From Archaeoglobaceae archaeon (GTDB taxonomy: Archaea; Halobacteriota; Archaeoglobi; Archaeoglobales; Archaeoglobaceae), in NCBI GenBank assembly GCA_038893835.1, contig JAWAQR010000001.1, forward strand, positions 1-64,000: a stretch of DNA of 64,000 nucleotides. Reading direction: 5' to 3'. The notes below the pieces were generated by a model. That model did no database searches and was not told where the DNA came from. It was given only the letters and a program-made list of their open reading frames with translations. The position numbers were made by a program, and so were the translations under genes. Positions 10,213 through 21,398 of the stretch are shown here, in pieces; position 1 is the stretch's first letter, and the number at the start of each line of letters is the position of its first letter.

Positions 10213-10817
10213 AAAAGGAAATCGAAATAATTCTTGAGAGTTTGGATGGATTTAAAAATCCAAAAGTTGAGCTTGAGCAATATGTTACCCCCTCAAATCT
10301 TGCCGGTTTTGTTGTTACTATGGCCAAACTCTTCGGCGATCTAAATTTAGTCGTCGATCTCGGCTGTGGTACAGGGATACTTGCAATAGCCTCTGCAATC
10401 CTTGGAGCTTATTCGATTGGGGTGGACATAGATTTGGATGCCATTAGGATTGCAAAGGAGAATGCGAAAAGAGTAGGAGTTAAAGTGGATTTTGTCGTTT
10501 GCAATGTTTCAGATTTCTGGATAAAAAAGAAGTGTACAGTCCTTATGAATCCACCCTTTGGTATCAAAAAAAGGCATGCGGACAAACCATTTCTGGAAAA
10601 AGCATTTGAGATTGCCGAAAAAATATATTCAATTCACTCCGCCGGAAGTGAGACTTTTGTTAGAAGAAGAGCGGAAGAGAGAGATTTTGAAGTTACTCAC
10701 GTTTGGAAGTTCATGGTTCCATTGCGAAAGACTTATTCATTCCATGAGAAGCCATTTAAAGAAATAGCGGTAGAGGTGTTCAGAATTGAGAAAAAAGATC
10801 TTGCTTCCAGGAGATAG
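10209..10817 (+). CDS. METTL5-family N6-adenine methyltransferase
   Basis: LEQYVTP, DLGCGTG, NPPFG. Confidence 0.9.
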   Translation: MKKEIEIILESLDGFKNPKVELEQYVTPSNLAGFVVTMAKLFGDLNLVVDLGCGTGILAIASAILGAYSIGVDIDLDAIRIAKENAKRVGVKVDFVVCNVSDFWIKKKCTVLMNPPFGIKKRHADKPFLEKAFEIAEKIYSIHSAGSETFVRRRAEERDFEVTHVWKFMVPLRKTYSFHEKPFKEIAVEVFRIEKKDLASRR

Positions 10818-11066
10818 AATAGGTTCGATCGATGAATTTGAGGTCGGTAAAGGGGTTTATGAGGAGAATAGAGAAATATTTGCTCAGATTGTTGGATATC
10901 TTGAAATAAGGGACGGAAAAGTGAGCAAGAGATGGGAGTGATAAAGGCTTTTTGTCGTTCTTGCAGAGGGGAGTTGGCATTAATTAAAGGAAAGCTTAAA
11001 TGTACGAGGTGTGGAAAAGAGGAGAGCAGAAAGCTTTTAAACTCTTATGGAAGGGGTGAATGGTAA
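10786..11066 (+). pseudogene. csl4: Exosome cap subunit Csl4 with its central S1 domain deleted, split into two frames
   Basis: TTG 10786 to TGA 10941 gives MRKKILLPGDRIGSIDEFEVGKGVYEENREIFAQIVGYLEIRDGKVSKRWE (Csl4 N-domain). ATG 10932 to TAA 11066 gives MGVIKAFCRSCRGELALIKGKLKCTRCGKEESRKLLNSYGRGEW (Csl4 Zn ribbon). It occupies the usual METTL5-csl4-rpoL position. Confidence 0.85.
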
Positions 11067-11326
11067 TGATAAAGATAGTTGAGATTGGGAAAAACTACGT
11101 TAAGCTGATAATCAAAGGTGAAGATCATACGTATTTAAATCTACTGCAGCATTACCTGTCTAAAGATAAAAGAACCGTGCTCGTGCGCTATAACATTCCA
11201 CATCCGTTGGTCGGGGAACCTGAGCTTTACCTGAGAACAGATGGGACAAATCCCATAGAAGTTCTGAAAAAGGCTAATGAGGAGATTGCAAAAGTTTGCA
11301 GCGATTTATATAAGCAATTAGCTTAA
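11060..11326 (+). CDS. rpoL: DNA-directed RNA polymerase subunit L (Rpo11)
   Basis: GEDHTYLNLL, YNIPHPL. Confidence 0.95.
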   Translation: MVMIKIVEIGKNYVKLIIKGEDHTYLNLLQHYLSKDKRTVLVRYNIPHPLVGEPELYLRTDGTNPIEVLKKANEEIAKVCSDLYKQLA

Positions 11327-11438
11327 TTTCCGAGCTGAACTGGTTCTCCATTTTTAAAGTAGAATCAGCTTGCACATCGGTCCATGTTGGGAATGCGAAA
11401 AGGTTTAATAAATAAATTTCATCGATGATCGTGGAGGG

Positions 11439-12215
11439 ATGTTGTTGAAAAAGATAAGAATTGCACTTGCACAACAAAAAATTTCAGCCGATAAAGACGT
11501 GAACCTGATGAAAGGACTGAGTTTGATAAAAAGAGCTTTACAGATTAAAGCAAACCTAGTAATTCTTCCCGAGCTATTCACAACCGGTTTCTATGAGAAA
11601 AACTTGGAATCTGTGGAAGAGTTGGAAAAAGAGCTGGAGCTAGTTTTAAAACTTTCGAAAGAAAAGGAAATTTTAATCATAGCTGGAGTTGCTGAAAGGA
11701 GTGGTGAAAAGCTTTACAATTCAGCAGTAATCATACACATGGGGGAAATAATCGGAATTTACAGAAAGAACTTACTCTTTCCACTTACAAAGGAAAGTAA
11801 AATCTTTACTCCCGGAAAAGAGCTGGGAATCTTCGAAACCCCATTGGGAAAGATTGGGATTCTTATATGCTATGAAGTTAGGTTTCCGGAACTTGCAAGA
11901 AAACTAGTCAAAAAAGGGGCTGAAATTATAGCGATTCCAGCAGAATTTCCAAAGCAGAGAATAGAGCACTGGAAAACCCTGATAAGGGCTAGAGCAATAG
12001 AAAATCAGATTTTTGTGGCCGGAGTTAATTGTGTTGAAGGAGATCTCGATTATGGAGGATCATCGATGCTGGTAGATCCAGAAGGAAAAGTTCTAGTCGA
12101 AGGGGGAATGTATCAGGAAGTCATTATGAGCGACATAGATCTGACAGACGTTGTAAGAGTGAGAGAGAAATATCCTTTTTTGAAAGATTATGAGAGTCTT
12201 AATCTTGCGCCCTAA
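11439..12215 (+). CDS. Carbon-nitrogen hydrolase (nitrilase superfamily)
   Basis: LPE, YRK and ICYEVRFPE catalytic triad; RARAIENQ. Confidence 0.9.
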   Translation: MLLKKIRIALAQQKISADKDVNLMKGLSLIKRALQIKANLVILPELFTTGFYEKNLESVEELEKELELVLKLSKEKEILIIAGVAERSGEKLYNSAVIIHMGEIIGIYRKNLLFPLTKESKIFTPGKELGIFETPLGKIGILICYEVRFPELARKLVKKGAEIIAIPAEFPKQRIEHWKTLIRARAIENQIFVAGVNCVEGDLDYGGSSMLVDPEGKVLVEGGMYQEVIMSDIDLTDVVRVREKYPFLKDYESLNLAP

Positions 12216-12891
12216 GGAACTTCTGGATGAAACAATAGAAAAGTTCAGAAAAGAGGGGATCGAAGCATATGGTTGCGCTTTTGTTAAAATTGAGCCCAGA
12301 GATTTTGAAGTCCCCGAGCATGATGTGGCTATAGTTACAAGCCAGAATTCTGCGAAGATGATTGTTAAAAGAGGTTTGAAATTGGGAAAAGTAATAGCAA
12401 TAGGGAAGAAAACTGCTGAGATTTTGACCAAAGAGGGATATGACGTCTTAATTCCCAGCAGGTTCGATTCTGAGACAGTTGTTGAGGAATTTGCGGAGTT
12501 GATGAAGGGGAAGAAGGTTGTAGCTATAAGAAGCAACACTGGAAGTGATATGCTTAGAAAAATCTCGGAATTTGCTGAATATAGGGAAGTATATGCTTAT
12601 GACATTGTAAAGTTGAAAGGTGAGGAGCAAAGAAGGGAAATAGAGAAAGTCCGTTCTGGATTCTATGACGTCATAGTTTTCTCAAGTAAAACGATCGTGG
12701 AGAGTTTTTTGGAAAACTGCGATGGAGATTGTCTTAAAAGGTTGAAGAACATAACCCTAATAGCGATCGGAAAACCAACTGCAGAGTTTCTAAAGAAAAA
12801 GGGCTTTCATGCCATGATACCAGAGGAATTCTCCTTTGATGGAATTTTGAAGCTCATAAAATCCCTAAGAGATGCAAATTCCCGATGTTAA
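12190..12891 (+). CDS. hemD: Uroporphyrinogen-III synthase
   Basis: ILRP, VTSQNS, AIGKKTA, FSS, AIGKPTA. Confidence 0.88.
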   Translation: MRVLILRPKELLDETIEKFRKEGIEAYGCAFVKIEPRDFEVPEHDVAIVTSQNSAKMIVKRGLKLGKVIAIGKKTAEILTKEGYDVLIPSRFDSETVVEEFAELMKGKKVVAIRSNTGSDMLRKISEFAEYREVYAYDIVKLKGEEQRREIEKVRSGFYDVIVFSSKTIVESFLENCDGDCLKRLKNITLIAIGKPTAEFLKKKGFHAMIPEEFSFDGILKLIKSLRDANSRC

Positions 12892-13789
12892 CCCTTTTAA
12901 GCCACTTTTTTGCTGCTTTATAGCATTCGAAGACTTGTTCTTTTGGCGTAATCGGAAGATCGCGCAAGAGGTAATCAGGATGGAATACTAGCAGACTATA
13001 TGGAATTCTTTCATCAATGGAAGCTATGAAGCTTGCAATTTTTTCCACTTCTCCTTTATCAACATAGTACGGAACAAGTAGAGTTGTGGCTGATAGAACT
13101 TCAGGATACTTTTCCCCAATTCTTTCAAAGTTCTTTCTGGATCTTTCGCCACTTCTACCAGTTAGCAGTACATGTAATGGTTCGCTCCAAGCTTTTAAAT
13201 CAAATTTAACAGTTCCACCCGAGATGTAACTCAATTCCGCAGCTTTAAGTGCTAGCGAAGTGTTTCCTGCCCCATTCCATTCCCAGCAAATCATTATGTC
13301 ATTCCTCTTTTTCAAAGCTTCTCTACTGAATTTAAGTGCAAAAGGTAGCTGCGGCTCTGGAGAGCCGCCGAAGTGGCATATGCACTTTATTCTTTCTCTT
13401 TCAATCACGATCAAAAGTTCTTCCAATGATACGAAATTTCTGTTAACTTTTTTATGACTCCAGTTCTGACAGAAAAGACAGTCAAAGTTGCATCCATAGT
13501 AAAAGACGGCTAAATTTGTTCCAGTCAAATTGCTCCCTTTGCAAAACCATGCGTTGCAGCAGTTTGTAGGAAGTGGATCCTCGTAATATGAGAGATTGCC
13601 ATAAAGTGGCTTTCCGCAAAGTGCGATTTCTCTGCATTCATTGGCACAAAGTTTGCAGGTCTTTACAAATCCACCCCTTCTTGGATGCAATTTTTCTGCG
13701 ATTTCAAAAGCTCTCTCAGACTTTGCACACTCCACGCAAAGGCTGAGAAATTTTGAAGGTGCTTTTTTCCCACAGAAAGTGCAGTCCAT
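12854..13789 (-). CDS. Radical SAM protein (PflA-like) with Cys-rich N-terminus
   Basis: GCNFDCLFCQNW, FGGSPEP, KFDLKA, additional CxxC pairs. Confidence 0.85.
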   Translation of the reverse strand: MDCTFCGKKAPSKFLSLCVECAKSERAFEIAEKLHPRRGGFVKTCKLCANECREIALCGKPLYGNLSYYEDPLPTNCCNAWFCKGSNLTGTNLAVFYYGCNFDCLFCQNWSHKKVNRNFVSLEELLIVIERERIKCICHFGGSPEPQLPFALKFSREALKKRNDIMICWEWNGAGNTSLALKAAELSYISGGTVKFDLKAWSEPLHVLLTGRSGERSRKNFERIGEKYPEVLSATTLLVPYYVDKGEVEKIASFIASIDERIPYSLLVFHPDYLLRDLPITPKEQVFECYKAAKKWLKRVNIGNLHLLGIL

Positions 13790-13884
13790 GTTTTAATTCT
13801 TCAGAGAGATTTATATCATTGTCGTGGAGAAAGTTTCGTTTAACGCGAAAGTTATAAATATCTGCAAACAAATTCGTGCTTTGT

Positions 13885-15377
13885 ATGATGAATGGAAAAC
13901 AGTATATCGAGAGTTTGAGGAAATTGAAGCCAAAAATATACTTCATGGGGAGAAGAATTGAAAGCGTTGCTGACGATCCAATCTTAGCGCCTCACGTAAA
14001 TGCTGCTGCGATGACCTATGAACTTGCTTTTGATCCGAAATACGAAGATATAATGACGGCAACGTCACATTTAACTGGGGAAAAGATAAATAGGTTTACC
14101 CATATTCATCAAAGCACGGATGATCTGGTTAAGAAAGTGAGGATGTTGAGATTATTAGGACAGAAGACGGGCAGTTGTTTCCAACGCTGCGTTGGCTGCG
14201 ATGCCATAAATGCACTCTACATTACATGCTACGATATAGACAGAAAGTACGGGACAGATTACTTTGAAAGGGTCAAGAATTACGTGAAGTATGTGCAGAA
14301 AAACGATTTAATGCCAGCTGGAGCTATGACGGATGTTAAGGGGGATAGAAGTAAGAGGCCTGGGCAACAAGCAGATAAAGATCTATACGTTAGAGTTGTT
14401 GAAAAGAGAGAAGATGGAATAATTGTGAGAGGTGCGAAGGCTCACATAACTGGAGCTGCAAATTCGCATGAAATAATAGTAATGCCAACGAGGGCGCTTG
14501 AGGCTGATGAGAAAGAATACGCTGTAGCCTTTGCCGTTCCCGTTGATGCAGAGGGCATTACAATGATCTTTGGCAGACAGACGAACGATTTGAGGAGACT
14601 CGATGGAGATATAGACTGTGGAAATGCGAAGTATGCAACAGTTGGAGGAGAGGCTTTGATAATTTTCGATGACGTCTTTGTTCCATGGGAAAGAGTTTTT
14701 ATGTGCGGCGAATACGACTTCGCAGCCCAGCTTGTAGAAGTTTTTGCAACCTTTCATCGGCAGAATTACGGAGGTTGCAAGGTCGGAGTTGCGGATGTTT
14801 TGATTGGTGCAACCGCAAATGTTGCAGAAATGCAAGGAATTGCAAAAGCTTCGCATGTAATTGATAAGATAACAGAAATGATCCATCTGGCAGAAACTTG
14901 CTGGTGTTGCTCCCTTGCATGCTCTTATGAAGGTTACAAAACACCTTCTGGTGCATACATGCCAAATCCGCTGCTCGCGAATGTAACTAAACTGAACGTG
15001 ACCAGATTTCCATATGAATGGTCCCGTTTGGCTCAAGATATAACTGGAGGAATAGTAATAACTTTACCATCTGAGAAAGATTATAGAAATCCGGAAACTA
15101 GAAAATTCATAGAGAAGTATTTGAAAGGAGTTGCAGAAGTCCCGACTGAGCATAGGATTAGAATGATTAGATTAGTTGAGAACCTTTCTATAGGCGCAGA
15201 ATTGCCAGAGTCGATGCATGGTGCAGGCTCACCGCAGGCACAGAAGATAATGATAGCCAGAAGGAGCAATCTTGAAATGAAAAAAGAACTTGCAAAGGTG
15301 ATAGCTGGAATTAAGCCGGATGAGTATTTCAGAAGAATTCGTGGTGTCAGTGAAGAAGAATTCTTTGCAAAGTTTAA

Positions 15378-15381
<4 letters not shown>
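13885..15381 (+). CDS. abfD: 4-hydroxybutyryl-CoA dehydratase family protein
   Basis: CFQRC, AMTDVKGDRS, RGAKAHITG, FHRQNYGGCK (His/Cys cluster ligands), ESMHGAGSPQAQ. Confidence 0.88.
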
Positions 15382-16730
<1,349 letters not shown>

Positions 16731-16739
16731 TTAAACCCC

Positions 16740-17051
16740 TCAACTCTTTGTTTCTTTTTTCTCTTTCCTCAGCTCGGGAAAGTTTCTCAGCAAGACATAA
16801 TCTTCTTCGACCCTTTTCAAATCCTCCACGGTATCGTATATCTTTACATAGCATTTCGCCTCTCTCTTACCGAATTCATTCTTTATGTATTGAACCACGA
16901 ATCTTTCAGGTTCTGTATTCAGCAAGCCGGCTATTTTTTCCCTTATTTCCTTCCTGCTTGGAGTTTTTCCGTTGAACTTTATCCTAAGATGGACTTCTCT
17001 CCTCTTCAACAATGGGTTGTATCTTTCTGACTCAATTCTTACCTCCATCAC
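16740..17051 (-). CDS. rps24e: 30S ribosomal protein S24e
   Basis: NPLLKRRE, TPSRKEIR, YVKIYD, LLRN. Confidence 0.95.
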   Translation of the reverse strand: MMEVRIESERYNPLLKRREVHLRIKFNGKTPSRKEIREKIAGLLNTEPERFVVQYIKNEFGKREAKCYVKIYDTVEDLKRVEEDYVLLRNFPELRKEKKETKS

Positions 17052-17596
17052 ATCACCCCCAGGCTTTTGATTTCTTCGCTTTTTTCAACCACTACCATCT
17101 GTTTAAGAAGTTTTAGTATGACCTCCTTGATTTTTTTATCTAACACAAGAGCTACAACACCTTCTCCAGGCTGACCATAGCAGATGAGTGAGTTCTCTGG
17201 CATTAGTAGTGATAGAGGTATGACAGCTAAATCTTCTTCTCCATCAACGATTACGGCAACCTTTTTATTTGACATCGACGCATCCACAGCCCTTCTTAAA
17301 ACTCCTATCAGTTCAGAAGTTATAAAGCCAGCGGGATTTTTTGCTATCATTTTTTCATAATTTTCAGGTATCTTTAATTCCATTTTCCTTTCTCTAAGCG
17401 TTTTTCCATCTAAAACGACAATATCTGGTTCAATTTTTGCCAAAAAAGCGCAATAGCTAACGTAGTCCCCAACACAAGCTAACTTAGAACAGGTTTTTAC
17501 TTCCTCAATTCTCTCAAATACTTTTTCCCCATTTCTATATACTTTACCATAAGGTTTTGATAGTTCTGACCTTAAGTATTCTGGTAATTTGAGCAT
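17048..17596 (-). CDS. GTP-dependent dephospho-CoA kinase (DUF359)
   Basis: LRSELSKPYG, VGD, DGKT, NPAG, VDGEEDL, YGQPGEG; start set to ATG 17596; conserved position between spt4 and rps24e. Confidence 0.88.
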   Translation of the reverse strand: MLKLPEYLRSELSKPYGKVYRNGEKVFERIEEVKTCSKLACVGDYVSYCAFLAKIEPDIVVLDGKTLRERKMELKIPENYEKMIAKNPAGFITSELIGVLRRAVDASMSNKKVAVIVDGEEDLAVIPLSLLMPENSLICYGQPGEGVVALVLDKKIKEVILKLLKQMVVVEKSEEIKSLGVM

Positions 17597-17793
17597 CAGT
17601 CTACTCTCAGGGCGTATTTTCCCGGATTCTTTATTCCCAAATTCTTTGCAATTTCGCTCTTCTCTGGATCGACGATTATGACATATCCATACCAATTCTT
17701 TGTCAAGTCCGAGGATCCACAGTTCTTGCAAACTATAACGTTGCTACCAATGAGCTTGCAGTTTCTGCAGGCAACATCAGCCAATCCCTTCAC
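17596..17793 (-). CDS. spt4: Transcription elongation factor Spt4 (RpoE'')
   Basis: ACRNC...CKNCGS, WYGYVIIVDPEKSEIA, GKYALRV. Confidence 0.94.
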   Translation of the reverse strand: MKGLADVACRNCKLIGSNVIVCKNCGSSDLTKNWYGYVIIVDPEKSEIAKNLGIKNPGKYALRVD

Positions 17794-18346
17794 CTCTCAC
17801 CTTCTTTATTTCTTCCTCAATCCATTTCAAACTCCCAAGCCATGGCTGACGCATCGTTAATCCTATTCTACTCTTCTCCGGCTCCCTTTCTTTAAGACTT
17901 AGTGAAACTATTCTTGCCCTAACAAAATCCCCCTCTGCAAGAACTTTTTTCGTTTCTTTACCCACAAGTCTCTTGTTCTTCTCATCAAAAACCATGTAGT
18001 CATCTGTTATTTGACTCATGTGCAGTAAAGCGTCAAGAGGACCAATGGAGACAAAACAGCCAAATTCCACAATTTCTACAACTTCTCCTTCAACAACTTC
18101 CTGCAAAGAAGGTTTAAAACATATCGCATTAAAAGTTACATCAAAATATATTGCTCCATCCCCCTCTATTATTCTTCCTTCCCCTATTTCTTCGATGCTC
18201 TCTATCCCTATGATCATACCATATTCTTTGTCCAGTCTTCCCTCAAACTGCTCCCACAGGAGAGATTCAATGGTTTTTTCCAAGTCATCTCCGATCTTAG
18301 AAGGAGGGACTCTGACCGTATCTCGCAGTTTTATTCGAGCATACAT
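17777..18346 (-). CDS. rpoE1: DNA-directed RNA polymerase subunit E' (Rpo7)
   Basis: VRVPP, EGDGA, S1 domain with LLHMSQI, GLTMRQPWLG. Confidence 0.95.
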   Translation of the reverse strand: MYARIKLRDTVRVPPSKIGDDLEKTIESLLWEQFEGRLDKEYGMIIGIESIEEIGEGRIIEGDGAIYFDVTFNAICFKPSLQEVVEGEVVEIVEFGCFVSIGPLDALLHMSQITDDYMVFDEKNKRLVGKETKKVLAEGDFVRARIVSLSLKEREPEKSRIGLTMRQPWLGSLKWIEEEIKKVRGEGIG

Positions 18347-18428
18347 AACAAGAATCGTGTTTATCTCCGAGATATAAATTTATCTTATTCCTGCTCTTCC
18401 TAAGTTGAAGCATTTGAAAGTATAAAAA

Positions 18429-19307
18429 TTATTTTTTCAGATCTATTCCGTACTTCATCGCATTCTCATCCGCGATCCTTTGAATTTCAGCAATGATCTT
18501 TTTTCCCTCAGGACTCATGAATAAATGTCTAAACCTGCGCTGTAGTTTTAGATATTCCTCAACCGGTTTCCTATCCTTAACTTTTCTAACAGTCACGAGT
18601 TTTCCATTTTCGAACTCAACTATCGGATAAAGTGCAGTCTCTATTGCTAAATTGCCAACTTTTATGACGTCCTTACTATCTATACCCCATCCTGTGACAC
18701 ATGGAGTATGAATTTGTATATACTTAGCTCCCTCAATTTTTGCTGCCTTTCTAACCTTTCTCCTTATATCTGCTGGCAAAACCGCACTTGAAGTGGCAAC
18801 ATATGGCGATCCATGTGCGAGGGCAATTGCGATCATATCTTTCTTTCTTCCCATCTTTCCAAGAAAGAGTTTTCCGGCAGGCGTTGTGGTCGTGGCTTCA
18901 CCAAGGGGAGTTAATGCACTTTGCTGATGACCTGTGTTTTGATAGGCTTCATTGTCCAAGCATATGTAGATAACATCGTGATTTCTGTCGAACATTCCAT
19001 GTAAAGTCAAACCTATGTCTGCAGTAGCGCCATCTCCTGCTAAAACAACAACTTTCCCTTCATCTTCTCTTCCCAGCGCTTTTAATGCCTCAGAAATTCC
19101 ACAAGCTACAGCTGCAGCGTTATCGAATAGGGAGTGAATATATGGCACCCCCCATGCATTTCTGCCGTATTGTGAACTTATTATTTCAAGACAGCCAGTT
19201 GGGTTTACGACAAAGCATTTTCCTTCGAGAGCTTCCAGAACATTTCTAACAGCTATTGTCAAACCACATCCAGGGCATGCTCCATGGCCTCTACCGAAGA
19301 ATCTCAT
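18429..19307 (-). CDS. porB: 2-oxoacid (pyruvate/ketoisovalerate):ferredoxin oxidoreductase beta subunit
   Basis: GHGACPGCG, TGCLE, GDGATADIG (TPP binding), DNEAYQNTG, PCVTGW. Confidence 0.9.
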   Translation of the reverse strand: MRFFGRGHGACPGCGLTIAVRNVLEALEGKCFVVNPTGCLEIISSQYGRNAWGVPYIHSLFDNAAAVACGISEALKALGREDEGKVVVLAGDGATADIGLTLHGMFDRNHDVIYICLDNEAYQNTGHQQSALTPLGEATTTTPAGKLFLGKMGRKKDMIAIALAHGSPYVATSSAVLPADIRRKVRKAAKIEGAKYIQIHTPCVTGWGIDSKDVIKVGNLAIETALYPIVEFENGKLVTVRKVKDRKPVEEYLKLQRRFRHLFMSPEGKKIIAEIQRIADENAMKYGIDLKK

Positions 19308-20470
19308 GGTATCACCTCTTCAAATTCCATATACCCTTTAAAACCACTCCTCTCTTTACCAAGAATCGCATCTCTAATCAGCTTCTCCAAAAAATCCTTT
19401 GAAACGTCTCTTCCACCTAGGCCAAGTATCATCGAAATTATCTCTGATGTATAGCCATAGAGTGCGGATTTGAGTTCTATGGAAAGCTGTCCCTCGTATC
19501 CAAAGCTAACTGAACGATCTATTACAATTATCTTTTCAGCATCTCCAAGGCTGTGTCTCAATTCCTCGACAGGAAAAGGTCTAAAGGTTCTAAGTTTGAT
19601 CAGTCCAACATCGATTCCATCTTTTCTTAAATCACTTACAACTTTCCTCAAAAGCCCTACTAAGGAACCAAGCGCGATTACAAAATACTTGGAATCCGGA
19701 TATAAGACTTCTAAATGTAATCCCCAGTCTCTTTTCGACATCTCTGCCCACTCTTTGAATACTTCTTCCATCACTTTCTTTGCCCTTTCCATTGCTCTTT
19801 GCATTGCCACTCTGAACTCCATGTATATATGCGGCGGAGCATAGCAGCCAAAGGCCATTGGCTTTTTTGTAGTTAAATAAACGGGAGGATCATAAGGCGG
19901 TAAAAAGCTGTCCACGAAATCTTTTTCTAATAGCTCTATTGGTTCATATGCATGCGTTAGCTTGAATCCATCCATGCAGATCATAAAGGGAAGCATTACT
20001 TTCCTATTTTCAGCAACCTTGTAGGCTTGTGGTATTATATCGTGAGCTTCCTGGTTGTTTTCCACGTATACTTGAATTATTCCCGCATCTCTCAACGCCA
20101 TACTGTCCTGTAAATCATTCCATATGCTTAAAGGAGCTGAAAGGGCACGATTTGTGTTAACTATAACTATCGGTAAGCGCATTCCAGCTGCATTGAATAA
20201 GACTTCACTCATCAAAATCAAACCTTGGCTGCAGGTAGCTGTAAAAGTCCTTGCTCCAGCTGCAGATGCGCCGACAAGAATACTTGCTGCAGCAAATTCA
20301 GATTCTGCTGTTATATATCTGCAATTTTCCAATTCTCCATTTGCATACATTTGGGCTAAATTTTCGACAATCTCCGTTTGTGGAGTTATTGGATAAGCAC
20401 AGATAACGTTCGGTTTACAGAGCTTTACCGCATGGGCAACTGCATAGAAACCTCTAACAACCTTTTTCAT
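19304..20470 (-). CDS. porA: 2-oxoacid:ferredoxin oxidoreductase alpha subunit
   Basis: AYPITPQT, ESE, TATCSQG, NRALSAP, RPFP, GLGGRD. Confidence 0.9.
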   Translation of the reverse strand: MKKVVRGFYAVAHAVKLCKPNVICAYPITPQTEIVENLAQMYANGELENCRYITAESEFAAASILVGASAAGARTFTATCSQGLILMSEVLFNAAGMRLPIVIVNTNRALSAPLSIWNDLQDSMALRDAGIIQVYVENNQEAHDIIPQAYKVAENRKVMLPFMICMDGFKLTHAYEPIELLEKDFVDSFLPPYDPPVYLTTKKPMAFGCYAPPHIYMEFRVAMQRAMERAKKVMEEVFKEWAEMSKRDWGLHLEVLYPDSKYFVIALGSLVGLLRKVVSDLRKDGIDVGLIKLRTFRPFPVEELRHSLGDAEKIIVIDRSVSFGYEGQLSIELKSALYGYTSEIISMILGLGGRDVSKDFLEKLIRDAILGKERSGFKGYMEFEEVIP

Positions 20471-20766
20471 TTCACCACCTCATCGAGTTTGAAGAGGTCT
20501 TTTGTCTCCATTCTTATGGCTTCGAACTTGCAAACTGAAGCGCAGACACCACAGCCTTTGCAATAGTTGTAATCAACGACCGCAAACTCCTTGTCATCAA
20601 CTTTTCTTATTTCAATGCAACCATCTGGGCAGTACTGCTCACAAACTCCGCACGCTGTGCATTTATCCCTATCAACCACAGCCCATTCCGTACCCCAGTC
20701 TCCAGTTTTAAAATTCTCAGATTGTAATGGCTCAGAAATTGCACCGATGTTGATCTTCATCAACAC
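20467..20766 (-). CDS. porD: 2-oxoacid:ferredoxin oxidoreductase delta (2x[4Fe-4S]) subunit
   Basis: KTGDW, CTACGVCEQYCP, YCKGCGVCASVC. Confidence 0.9.
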   Translation of the reverse strand: MLMKINIGAISEPLQSENFKTGDWGTEWAVVDRDKCTACGVCEQYCPDGCIEIRKVDDKEFAVVDYNYCKGCGVCASVCKFEAIRMETKDLFKLDEVVK

Positions 20767-21314
20767 AACCTCCTTACGTAGTTGTAAGCTTCCTCAATTG
20801 CAAGTTTATTCTTTTCAACCAACGGACCTTCAAATACTTCTTCAACCGTCTCTTTCAGAGTTTCTAGTTTAAAAAGCTTTGTCGCTCCAGCAAAAGCTCC
20901 AACCATAGTAGTGTTTGTTATTGGCCTTCCGAGGATCTTCATCGCAATCTTCGTCGCGTTTATCGTTATAATTTTTGCATTCGTTTTTACTATCATCTTC
21001 AAATCTTCAAAGCTTTTTGGATAATTTGCGATGAGCATACCATCCTCCTTAAGTCCTGCTGTTACATTTACAGCTTCGAATATGCTTGGATCCAGAACCA
21101 CAACATAATCTGGATGGTAAACTTCGTCCCTGACAACTATTGGTTCATCTGAAATTCTTAGAAAAGATGCCACCGGACTTCCTCTTTTTTCTGCGCCGAA
21201 AGTTGGAAATGAAAGTGTGTAATAACCTTCCTTAAAACCTGCAATCGCTAGGAAGTCTGCAGCTGTAACTACTCCCTGTCCACCTCTTCCATGGAATCTA
21301 ACCTCGATTAGCAT
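20760..21314 (-). CDS. porG: 2-oxoacid:ferredoxin oxidoreductase gamma subunit
   Basis: FHGRGGQG, FGAEKRGSPV, GRPITNT. Confidence 0.9.
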   Translation of the reverse strand: MLIEVRFHGRGGQGVVTAADFLAIAGFKEGYYTLSFPTFGAEKRGSPVASFLRISDEPIVVRDEVYHPDYVVVLDPSIFEAVNVTAGLKEDGMLIANYPKSFEDLKMIVKTNAKIITINATKIAMKILGRPITNTTMVGAFAGATKLFKLETLKETVEEVFEGPLVEKNKLAIEEAYNYVRRLC

Positions 21315-21398
21315 GTAAAAAAAAGTTGTGGGAGGTTAAAAAAGGTTGCGAAGATTTACCGATGAAAAAATTTTTAGCTTTAGAAATCATTGTAAAAC

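Noticed and set aside
10939-10941. Selenocysteine or readthrough at the csl4 TGA
   Set aside because: The next codon is TAA and the homologous continuation is in another frame.
11360-11430. C/D box sRNA on the minus strand (CGATGA...CTGA)
   Set aside because: Imperfect C box, no D'/C' pair, and the interior is the AT-rich promoter of the next gene.
13834-13850. TTTCG-n7-CGAAA inverted repeat upstream of the dehydratase
   Set aside because: Only 5-bp arms, and the right arm is simply the BRE before TTATAAATA.
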